Origin: Oligoflexales bacterium | Lineage (GTDB): Bacteria; Bdellovibrionota_B; Oligoflexia; Oligoflexales; CAIYRB01 | DNA: 25,911 bases | Assembly (NCBI GenBank): GCA_041736175.1 | Contig: JBGSUI010000179.1 | Location: 1-25,911 of the forward strand | Direction of reading: 5' to 3' | Shown: positions 15,570-23,809 of the stretch, one piece after another | How positions within the stretch are numbered: the first letter of the stretch is position 1 | Layout: every line of letters begins with the position of its first letter | Notes under the pieces: generated by a model | Seen by the model: only the letters and a program-made list of their open reading frames with translations | Told to the model about the DNA's origin: nothing | Databases searched by the model: none | Translations under genes and position numbers: made by a program

Positions 15570-17291
15570 ATGACTTCTTTGCGTCGATCCATCCGCCACA
15601 TCCTCGGTCAGGGAATGATCGCTTGGGGTCACCGCCAGACCCATGAATTTGAAAAAACCCTGCGTCATTGTGCTACGGTACAAAAAAATCTCCTTACAAA
15701 AATTTTAGGATCCGTAGAATCAAGTGAGATGGCCCTCCATTTCGGGATCTCATCAAAACTCCGCTGGGATGAGTTATGTAAACAAATGTCCGTTATAAGT
15801 TACGAGGATTTAAGACCCTTTATCTTAAAAGCAAAGAGCGGTGTTGTCCATGCAGTTTTTTCTCCTGACTCTAAACAATACAATATCCGCATGTTCGCCA
15901 CGACCAGCGGCACCACCAGTGCGCCTAAGTGGATACCCATAACCGGCCAAGCCCTCGCTGTGATGCGCCAGAGTTGGCTCACCTGGGGGTATTACATAGG
16001 CCAACAACATCCAAAAGTCGCAGAAAATGGCATTTTGAGCCTCACTGGCTCCTATCAGAGCACTGATCGAATGGGTGTTCAATCCACAGGGAGTATCACC
16101 GGAGTTCTGGCCCAAACACTGAACGCTCCCCTAAGACTGGCGATGGCCGTTCCGCCAGCGGTTGCGGCTATAGAATCCTATGGGCTGCGGCAGTATGTGA
16201 CGCTGCGTTTAGCCGCAAATACCGACAGTATACGCCTGATCGCGACGGCTAATCCGAGCACGCTGATCCAATTTGCCGATCGGCTCGCACAAGACCAGCA
16301 AGTCCTGATTAGCGACCTCTACGACGGGACTACACAAAATATCAAACAAATTCCATCGCATTTGCAGGTAAGCCTTTATCCCAAACTCCATTTTCAAGAC
16401 AAAAATCGGGCCAAAACCCTTGAAAAAATCGCCGCACTGCGGCCACTAACCCCGAAAGACCTCTGGCCAAATCTAGAATTACTCGGTGTTTGGACGGGCG
16501 GGCATGCGGCGGGATATCTTCCCCTGCTTCGTAAAAGGTACCAGGATCTGACCTTGCGTGATCATGGTCTTTCGGCGACAGAGGGACATATGACGATTCC
16601 CTTTGAAGATGAAAGCGACGAGGGCATCTTAAATATTCATGGCGCCTTCTATGAATTTATCGAAGAGGATGAAATCCACGAGACCCAACCAAAAACCCTC
16701 CTTGCCCACCAAATCATAAAGGGCAAACGCTACGAACTCGTTGTCTCTAATTTTTCTGGCTTGATTCGCTACCGTATGCACGATCTTGTTGAGTGTACTG
16801 GGTTTTTGTACCTGACACCGCTCTTAAGGTTTATCAGTAAAACCGATCTATTTACCAATCTCAGTGGCGAAAAGCTTTCTCTTTGGCAGGTCACCGAAGT
16901 GATCAATAAACTTAAAGACGAGGCCCATTTAGATTTTCAGGAATACTTGTTTTCAGCAACCCTTGAACCCAGTCCAGGCTACACCTGCTATCTGGAATTC
17001 CACCAAGATTTCGCCCATCAACCATGGAAGCGGCTGGAGACTCGACTCGATGAGTTGCTTCAAGGGAGCAATGTAGAATACCGCGATAAAAGAAAATCTA
17101 AGCGCCTTAGCTCTGTGCGGATCGTGATCATAGAACCGGATACATTTATAAAAATGCGTGATTTAAACCAAAAATTGACTCCCCTCCATGCCGAACAATA
17201 TAAGCATCCTTTCCTGATCAATAATCCAAAGATCGACCTGTTTCTTAAAGGATTCAAAAGCCCACCTCCACAAACCTATAAGGCTTCCTGA
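15570..17291 (+). CDS. GH3-family acyl-adenylate-forming ligase (ANL superfamily)
   Basis: P-loop TTSGTTSAPKWIP, TANPSTL, GLSATEG, FYEFI, YRMHDLV, GEKL; GAAAGG RBS. Confidence 0.9.
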   Translation: MTSLRRSIRHILGQGMIAWGHRQTHEFEKTLRHCATVQKNLLTKILGSVESSEMALHFGISSKLRWDELCKQMSVISYEDLRPFILKAKSGVVHAVFSPDSKQYNIRMFATTSGTTSAPKWIPITGQALAVMRQSWLTWGYYIGQQHPKVAENGILSLTGSYQSTDRMGVQSTGSITGVLAQTLNAPLRLAMAVPPAVAAIESYGLRQYVTLRLAANTDSIRLIATANPSTLIQFADRLAQDQQVLISDLYDGTTQNIKQIPSHLQVSLYPKLHFQDKNRAKTLEKIAALRPLTPKDLWPNLELLGVWTGGHAAGYLPLLRKRYQDLTLRDHGLSATEGHMTIPFEDESDEGILNIHGAFYEFIEEDEIHETQPKTLLAHQIIKGKRYELVVSNFSGLIRYRMHDLVECTGFLYLTPLLRFISKTDLFTNLSGEKLSLWQVTEVINKLKDEAHLDFQEYLFSATLEPSPGYTCYLEFHQDFAHQPWKRLETRLDELLQGSNVEYRDKRKSKRLSSVRIVIIEPDTFIKMRDLNQKLTPLHAEQYKHPFLINNPKIDLFLKGFKSPPPQTYKAS

Positions 17292-18535
17292 TGACCCCAC
17301 TTTTTTTTAAATTTGCCTGTTCTTATGCAGCTCGAAATCTCTTAAGGAATCGACGAAGAACGCTTCTTACCCTATCAATCGTCATCATGGCGTCTTGTGT
17401 CACGGTGGTCTGTTATCGGTACTCGACAGGAGTCATGCAGCTTTGGGCTGATGGGGCGGCTGATACAGGAACCGCCCATGCCCAGGTGCATCGTGCCGGT
17501 TATTGGGAAAAGCAAGAAGGGGTCGACATCGATCTCACCATTTTACAAGATATCGCCCTTGAGAAATCTCTAAGAACTGATTTCGAAGTCAGTGCATCCG
17601 TAAGGCGCCTGGAGCTGGAAGGTATTATTTCCAGTGGCGAACAGAGCGTCTACTTTATGGGAAAAGGCGTTGAACCCGAAAAAGAACTCATCGTTTCCCC
17701 TCGACTGTTTAAATCCGATGACATCGGGGACTGGATTCGTTCGAGCCAAAGGAACGAAGTCGTCATAGGTCAGGGATTGGCAAAAACCTTAAACCTAAAG
17801 CTAGGGGACGAAGTCACCCTGATCACCCAGACGGTCCAAGGATCTGTCAACGGTATCGACGCAAAAGTGGTGGGATTTGTTAATGCGTCCATACCAAGCT
17901 TTTCCCAGAGGATTGTTTATGCTCCTATAGAGCTGTTTCAAAAGCTTATCCGCATGCCGGATCGCTATACTGAGTTAGCGATTCGCCTTAAGCCTGGGGC
18001 CAACGTCGCCGGTTGGGTCGAACGCATGAAGGGCCCCATCGAGGCACAAAGCCTTCAAATCAGATCTTGGGATATGATTGAACCAGTTATTAATAATGTG
18101 GGACGTATCTGGAATTCTGTTGTCTTTGTGATTGCAGCTCTCTTATTTGTGTCTTCGGCTTTAACCGTCCTCAATATCGTCTATATGATCGTGACGGAGC
18201 GGATCGTCGAAATCGGGACGCTGATGGCCATTGGCTCTAAAAGCAGCCATGTCCGCAGTATTTTCGCATTGGAGGCTTCGTTTATTGGGGTGATTGGCGG
18301 TCTCATCGGGGTTTCCCTTGGTAATATCATCGTGTTTATGATGGGGCTCTACGGCATCCCGTTTAAGAACCCCTTTGGTATAGGCGAGCTTTCAATCAAC
18401 CCGACGACGGACTTTATAACCACCACTCTCACGGCATTTCTGGCTATCAGTGTTTGCGTTGTGGCCTCCATCGCGCCCTCTCGCCGCGCGGCTAAGGTAG
18501 ATCCTGTACAAGCCTTTAGGGGGCAGATCACCTAG
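17291..18535 (+). CDS. ABC transporter permease, LolE/MacB/FtsX family
   Basis: ARNLLRNRRRTLLT, large periplasmic loop (IGQGLAKTLNLKLGD), ERIVEIGTLMAIG, PSRRAAKVDPVQAFR; TGATG overlap with GH3. Confidence 0.9.
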   Translation: MTPLFFKFACSYAARNLLRNRRRTLLTLSIVIMASCVTVVCYRYSTGVMQLWADGAADTGTAHAQVHRAGYWEKQEGVDIDLTILQDIALEKSLRTDFEVSASVRRLELEGIISSGEQSVYFMGKGVEPEKELIVSPRLFKSDDIGDWIRSSQRNEVVIGQGLAKTLNLKLGDEVTLITQTVQGSVNGIDAKVVGFVNASIPSFSQRIVYAPIELFQKLIRMPDRYTELAIRLKPGANVAGWVERMKGPIEAQSLQIRSWDMIEPVINNVGRIWNSVVFVIAALLFVSSALTVLNIVYMIVTERIVEIGTLMAIGSKSSHVRSIFALEASFIGVIGGLIGVSLGNIIVFMMGLYGIPFKNPFGIGELSINPTTDFITTTLTAFLAISVCVVASIAPSRRAAKVDPVQAFRGQIT

Positions 18536-18574
18536 AGACCACCGCGATGACCCTGCCGATGATCCGGTCGATGA

Positions 18575-19897
18575 CTAATCGAGGTTGGTACCCAGAGAAT
18601 CACCAGCTTGGATTCCATAGGGTTCTAAAAATTGGGTGATGCGAGCCAAGACAAAGGGTGCTTCCTGTTTGACCAACAAGACTTTTCCGACCTCGATCAG
18701 TCGAATGCCATAGTAGTTAAATTCAGGACCTTCGCCAATCCTCTGGATACGGTAGACAGGGTATTCTTGGCCGATCTTAAAGTTAGTCTGTTCGCCTCCT
18801 TGTAATAGCAACCAATGGGCGTTGCCCACGCCATAGACCCGCATATCATTGGTAGATAAGGTGATTTTTGGTCGATAAATATTGATGGCTTGGTCATAGA
18901 GCTTTGGATTATAGTCAGAGACGCCTGATTTTTTTGCTTTAGAAAACTCTTCCATAGCTGCAGGTATATTGCCATATTTTTCATAGTAGATGCCCAAGTT
19001 ATGATAAGCCCAGGCGTTGCGCTTGTCGATGAGAACGGCTTTTTTCCATTGATTGGCTGCAGCTTCCCAACGATCATCTCCAGCGAGATCAATGCCTGCG
19101 TCCACGAGTTGGTCAGCTTTGCTGTCGCTATGGTGGGCTAAGAGATTTCGATCGGCCTGGGCTATTTTCGGACAGACAAAACCAGAGATATGCTCCATCA
19201 TTTCTTTACCTATGGCGGCTTCGACAACTTTTTCTGTGATCTTGGGTTTCGAAGAATAGGAATCTAAGGCAACCGACATTTTTACCCGCCGATCGATGAT
19301 CAGAGCGTCTTTGGTTTTGTTATAAAGAACAAACCTCCAAACTAAGGTTTTTTCATATTTTCGTTGGGGGATACTTTTAGTGATAAAGGAGACTTTCGGA
19401 GCGATTTCATCAGATCCAAAGAGCGGTGACAAAGGCCGAGTGGTATACCCAAAACTTTGAAACCATTGATGATCGACCCCTTCTTTGATGCCGACAATTT
19501 TGGTCGACTCTTGGGTTTGCTTGGTTTCATTCGATAGCTGTTCGATCACCAAGACCCCGTGTACATAGCGAGCATCCTGGTGGGCCGCCACATCGGTTTT
19601 AAGACGCTTTAAGGTGGAATCCCGATTCAGCTGGCCGATCTCGAAAGTCTTATTGAGTCGATTAACTTTCTGGTATTGACCACATTTTTGCACCAAATTG
19701 ACCACCCTGTCGAAATTGGCTTGATTGATATTGGCGGGTTTTGAGATTCCGAGAAACGTGATTTCTTTAAACCCAATGGTAGGCAACCGGTAAACAGGAT
19801 ACTCGACACCGTACTCTCTTACGGACGAACAATTTAGAACTCCCGCTCCCGCAAAGACAAGCGTCAGTCTTCCTAAAAATTTAATGATTTGTTTCAA
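18575..19897 (-). CDS. TPR lipoprotein, putative CsgG/FlgT-like architecture
   Basis: TTG 19897 with GGAGG RBS gives a signal peptide and VLNC lipobox; TPR pair (WEAAANQWKKA..AYHNLGIYYE); C-terminal beta domain resembling FlgT-C (FKIGQEYPVYR..VGKV..IQAGD). Confidence 0.65.
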   Translation of the reverse strand: MKQIIKFLGRLTLVFAGAGVLNCSSVREYGVEYPVYRLPTIGFKEITFLGISKPANINQANFDRVVNLVQKCGQYQKVNRLNKTFEIGQLNRDSTLKRLKTDVAAHQDARYVHGVLVIEQLSNETKQTQESTKIVGIKEGVDHQWFQSFGYTTRPLSPLFGSDEIAPKVSFITKSIPQRKYEKTLVWRFVLYNKTKDALIIDRRVKMSVALDSYSSKPKITEKVVEAAIGKEMMEHISGFVCPKIAQADRNLLAHHSDSKADQLVDAGIDLAGDDRWEAAANQWKKAVLIDKRNAWAYHNLGIYYEKYGNIPAAMEEFSKAKKSGVSDYNPKLYDQAINIYRPKITLSTNDMRVYGVGNAHWLLLQGGEQTNFKIGQEYPVYRIQRIGEGPEFNYYGIRLIEVGKVLLVKQEAPFVLARITQFLEPYGIQAGDSLGTNLD

Positions 19898-20182
19898 AAC
19901 TTGACCTCCATCATTCAACCCAGAAACCCCCAAAAGGATCGTCCGGCAGTGCTCCCTAGTTATCGGGTGTTAAGCAGACTGTCCAAAGGATAATTTCAAA
20001 AGTGGAGGGGGAAACAAAAAACAGGATTTTGATAAACATTTAATATTTATAAATATTTTACGAAACATAGATCAAATATAAAACTAATTTTTATGAAACA
20101 TCAATTTATACCGAAGGATTTAAGGATCCTCCCAAGGAGGGGATCGTCCGTGGTTTGTATAACAATTTAAATTCGGTTTTCA

Positions 20183-21925
20183 ATGCTCGTTTTTCCGCTA
20201 GGTCTAGGCACTAAGCTCAGATGGACCCCTGTCCTCACGTTGGGGATTATTGCCCTTTGGATTGGAGATTTTCTGTGGGACCCCTTTAGGAGTGCTATTT
20301 CTGAGGATCTCAATGTGGCAGCCGCACAAAGCGGAATTAAAGATACATCCAGAAATCTCTTTGTAGAATATTGTCTAAAAACCCGCGGTATTCATGCACA
20401 ATGCACTGAGTTTTCTAAACTGATTTGGGCGGGATTTCCGGCTAAGACAAAGTTAAAAGATCTTCAAAAAATCCAAAACTCCTTAGAGCAGGAGTTTGAA
20501 AAATCCCTGGCCTTTAAAGACTCTCTTAAAGACTGTGCTGACTCTGAGAGACCCAAAAACTGCATCAAATACAAAGAGATTTTCTGGAAATTCTCCAAAG
20601 GAACCCAGGCCCAACCCGTCCCTAAAACCAATCTGATCAGCAACCTACCATCCTATCGGGCCTATGCCAAAGCAAGCGCCGATTTTGGGCGTCGTATGGT
20701 CAAAATCTGCCAGATCAATCATTGCCTCATCAAGGGAAATATCGAACTAAAACCGATCCTCTTGGCGCAAATACGCCATGGCAGTTTAATGCATCTTTTG
20801 GGCAATCTCATCGCCTTTCTTATTTTTAGCTCTTATGTGGAGCAGCGGCTTCGGCCGAGCCACTACGGAGTTTTCTTATTACTCTCGGGGAGCTTTGGGA
20901 TGTTAGTCCATGCCCTTGTGTGGGGATCCTACGATTCCTTTATCATCGGAGGGTCGACCCTAGTTAGTGGAGCGGTAGGCCTTTTTTATGTGTTATTTTT
21001 CCATCACAAGCTTTGCCTAAGGGTTTTTATCCCTCGCAAGTTTTACCTGGGAACAAACTTTTATGCTCCCATAAAATACGTGATTCCACTTATGTTTATT
21101 ATGAGCGATATTGCCGGTGGGCTAAATTCTGGTTACAACGAATTTGGGTTACCCCGTGTTGCCCACTTTGCCCATTTAAGCTCCTTTGTGCTAGGAGCCC
21201 TCTTGGGGTGGATCCTATTATCGGTTGAAAAATCCAAGCAGCGGAGTTTTTACCGAGATATTCATATAGACTTGCAAGCACTTAAAAGAGTCACCAATCC
21301 TCTGCAGTTTTTGAGTTTAGCCGACCAAATACTATCGTGGGATCCCCATCAAGATAGAGTAAGGCTTTATGGGTTAAAGGTTGCCTTTGAGTGGTTGGCA
21401 AAAGCCGCTGATCATCCAGCACCCGAACTCTTAGCCAAAGGAGAGCCTTTTTGTCGTAAACATTTACCAATGCTGTTGCAAGACGTCAGTCACTCTAGTC
21501 ACTTCCGTAAAGGGGGAGGTGCCTCAGACAAAATATCACCTCAATCACTGGTCTCCCTTTTTAATGCTATTCCGCCCTCTATCGCCTTACATCGATTTTT
21601 ACCCAAGTCTCCACCGGATGAAATCCTTAACACAGGATTTGTTTTGCTGAACCAAGGTTCTTTTTTTAACGGGGTGCGGATGTTTGATCTTTTTTTAAGT
21701 CTCTACCCTGATTCATGGATCGGCCCTAAAATCGAGAATTTTGTCAGGGAAAGCCTTATAGGCTCTCCTTCGGCCCCTATAAAACGCCTTGCATTTGTCA
21801 AAAGTGCCGACTATCAAAAGTTTGTTGACTACTACCGGAAGCATCCCCCCACCTATCTCAAACCCCTTATGGAGCCCATGGTAGGTGGTGTGGACTTAGA
21901 TAAAAGGGTAAAACTCTCCCTATGA
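20183..21925 (+). CDS. Rhomboid-family intramembrane protease with large extra domains
   Basis: PVLTLGII TM1, HGSLMHLLGN, IIGGSTLVSG (Ser), VAHFAHLSSF (His); long insert after TM1 and a long C-terminal tail. Confidence 0.8.
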   Translation: MLVFPLGLGTKLRWTPVLTLGIIALWIGDFLWDPFRSAISEDLNVAAAQSGIKDTSRNLFVEYCLKTRGIHAQCTEFSKLIWAGFPAKTKLKDLQKIQNSLEQEFEKSLAFKDSLKDCADSERPKNCIKYKEIFWKFSKGTQAQPVPKTNLISNLPSYRAYAKASADFGRRMVKICQINHCLIKGNIELKPILLAQIRHGSLMHLLGNLIAFLIFSSYVEQRLRPSHYGVFLLLSGSFGMLVHALVWGSYDSFIIGGSTLVSGAVGLFYVLFFHHKLCLRVFIPRKFYLGTNFYAPIKYVIPLMFIMSDIAGGLNSGYNEFGLPRVAHFAHLSSFVLGALLGWILLSVEKSKQRSFYRDIHIDLQALKRVTNPLQFLSLADQILSWDPHQDRVRLYGLKVAFEWLAKAADHPAPELLAKGEPFCRKHLPMLLQDVSHSSHFRKGGGASDKISPQSLVSLFNAIPPSIALHRFLPKSPPDEILNTGFVLLNQGSFFNGVRMFDLFLSLYPDSWIGPKIENFVRESLIGSPSAPIKRLAFVKSADYQKFVDYYRKHPPTYLKPLMEPMVGGVDLDKRVKLSL

Positions 21926-22467
21926 AACCGGAACCCCAAACAAAATTCCTTAAGGAGATTTGGATTTACAATCGCGTCGGGTGGCACCATGATCCCGCGT
22001 TAAGGGTCCCTGCGGGACTGGTCCTGAGACTCTATGCCGCTACGATCGACTATGCATTTTTTTTCCCCCTATACCTCGTGTTTCGCAATCCAGTAGAGCG
22101 GTCCTTAGAAATGCTAGCGGTAGGTCCAGGCTCTATCGGAGCCATCATCATCCCCTCTTTTGTTTTTGCGATCCCCTGGGCCCTCTATTTTTTTCTGCCG
22201 ACCTTTTTATGGGGGAAAACCCTGGGCAAGTCGGCGGTCGGTCTAAGAGTTGCTGCAGACCGGGGACCAGGCCACTTTTTTCAGATTTTGATGCGCGAGT
22301 CTGTGGGAAAAATCCTTGCCGTGATCCCTCTTTTTTTAGGAGTCCTTCTGGCTTTAGCCCATCCCCAAAAGAAAATGCTCCATGATATATTGACCCAGAC
22401 CATGGTCCTTAAGGTACCTTGTCCTAATGAGGGCGATAAGCAAGGTCGAGGATCTAAAACCCAATGA
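21922..22467 (+). CDS. RDD-family membrane protein
   Basis: RLYAATID, GKTLGKSAVGLRV, MRE, LHDILTQTMV; ATGA overlap with the rhomboid gene. Confidence 0.85.
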   Translation: MKPEPQTKFLKEIWIYNRVGWHHDPALRVPAGLVLRLYAATIDYAFFFPLYLVFRNPVERSLEMLAVGPGSIGAIIIPSFVFAIPWALYFFLPTFLWGKTLGKSAVGLRVAADRGPGHFFQILMRESVGKILAVIPLFLGVLLALAHPQKKMLHDILTQTMVLKVPCPNEGDKQGRGSKTQ

Positions 22468-23809
22468 TCGGAGTTTCCTGATGGTTCTCAAAAGCGGATT
22501 TGGCCTTGGGGGATACTTGCCAGCCCTTTTTGCACCGGGAGGTTCCCAAGGAGCGACATCCTATCTGGGTCAAAGTCCCCGAGACGGATCCCAGGCGATG
22601 GAATGGGCCCTGGGGGCAGCGATGGGAGCTGCGGGTTTGCCCAGCCCTAACCCTAGTGTCGGCTGCATGATAGTACGTGACCAAAAGGTGGTCGCCCAGG
22701 GAGTGACCCAAAAGTTTGGTGGACTTCACGGCGAAAGACTGGCCATCCAGCAAGCGCCCCATCCTGAAGCCCTCAAGGGATCCACGGCCTATATCATGCT
22801 TGAACCCTGCGCTCACTATGGAAAACAACCTCCTTGTACGGAAGCTTTGGTCCAAGCGGGAGTGGAAACCTGTGTCATCGGCAGCCACGATCCCCATCCT
22901 CTGGTGCAGGGACGGGGTATCACCCTGCTGAAACAGGCGGGGATTAAGGTCCAAAAATCTGAGTTGGCCCTAGAATGCATCGCTTTCAATCTACCCTTTT
23001 TTTTCCAATGCCTACAGCAACGGCCTTTGATCGTGGCAAAATGGGCGCAAACACTCAACGGTTTTCTCGGTGATGATCAGCATGGCTCCCAGTGGATCTC
23101 AGGTCCTAAGGCTCGGCAGGTGACCCACTACCTGCGAACTAAATACGACGCCATTTTAGTTGGTGCGGGGACAGTCCTTGCGGATATTCCGGCCCTAACG
23201 GCACGGGTGTCCCAACTACAAGAGTGTCGGCAACCTCTCAAAATCATTTTTGATCCCTCGGGGCGCCTCCTTGGGTGTCAGGAACAAACACTTATCAAAA
23301 AGCTTTTAGAAAAAACCTTTTCCCCCCAAGACCGCGTACTTCTTGTTTATGGGGAATCCAATCCTTTGCCTCCCTGGCTTACGGGTCATGGACCTAACCT
23401 CTATGTCATCCGCGTCCCGACTAAACAGGTAGCTTTTTCGAGTCTGTTGAATCAGATGGCTAGCAATGATTTTGTGCAGTGGCACGGCTTACCTGTTCAA
23501 AGCATCTTTGTAGAAGGCGGGGCTGCGCTCATCAACCACTTGATCAGCATCGATGCCGTCGATGCTTTTCAAGTGTTTCTCAATCCCTCGCTTTTAAACG
23601 CAACCAAGCACCATATCAATCTCTCTGGTACCGCCTCTGCCCAAAACACCAGGGTCGCCAGTATGGATCGTTATCACTTGGTCCAATCAACCATCTTAGA
23701 CCAAGATGTCTTCCTTGAATTTATGCCCAAGGATCGATATCAGTGGATTTTTTCTAAACTAGAAGATGATTTAGGGGATTCCTTTAGGGGATTCCTTAAG
23801 GGCCCTTAA
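22427..23809 (+). CDS. ribD: Bifunctional riboflavin deaminase/reductase; start uncertain
   Basis: PNPSVGC, HGE, LEPCAHYGKQPPC, KWAQTLNG, QWISG, DAILVGAGTVLAD.P.LTAR, VEGG. Confidence 0.92.
   Translation: MRAISKVEDLKPNDRSFLMVLKSGFGLGGYLPALFAPGGSQGATSYLGQSPRDGSQAMEWALGAAMGAAGLPSPNPSVGCMIVRDQKVVAQGVTQKFGGLHGERLAIQQAPHPEALKGSTAYIMLEPCAHYGKQPPCTEALVQAGVETCVIGSHDPHPLVQGRGITLLKQAGIKVQKSELALECIAFNLPFFFQCLQQRPLIVAKWAQTLNGFLGDDQHGSQWISGPKARQVTHYLRTKYDAILVGAGTVLADIPALTARVSQLQECRQPLKIIFDPSGRLLGCQEQTLIKKLLEKTFSPQDRVLLVYGESNPLPPWLTGHGPNLYVIRVPTKQVAFSSLLNQMASNDFVQWHGLPVQSIFVEGGAALINHLISIDAVDAFQVFLNPSLLNATKHHINLSGTASAQNTRVASMDRYHLVQSTILDQDVFLEFMPKDRYQWIFSKLEDDLGDSFRGFLKGP
23770..23809. repeat. 13-bp tandem duplication (TTAGGGGATTCCT x2) abutting a 14-bp palindrome TTAAGGGCCCTTAA
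   Basis: Copies at 23771-23783 and 23784-23796; palindrome at 23796-23809; all in the overlap of convergent genes. Confidence 0.85.

Noticed and set aside
22454..22954. 166-aa antisense ORF and other short nested ORFs in the track
   Set aside because: Shadows of well-supported genes, with no motifs of their own.
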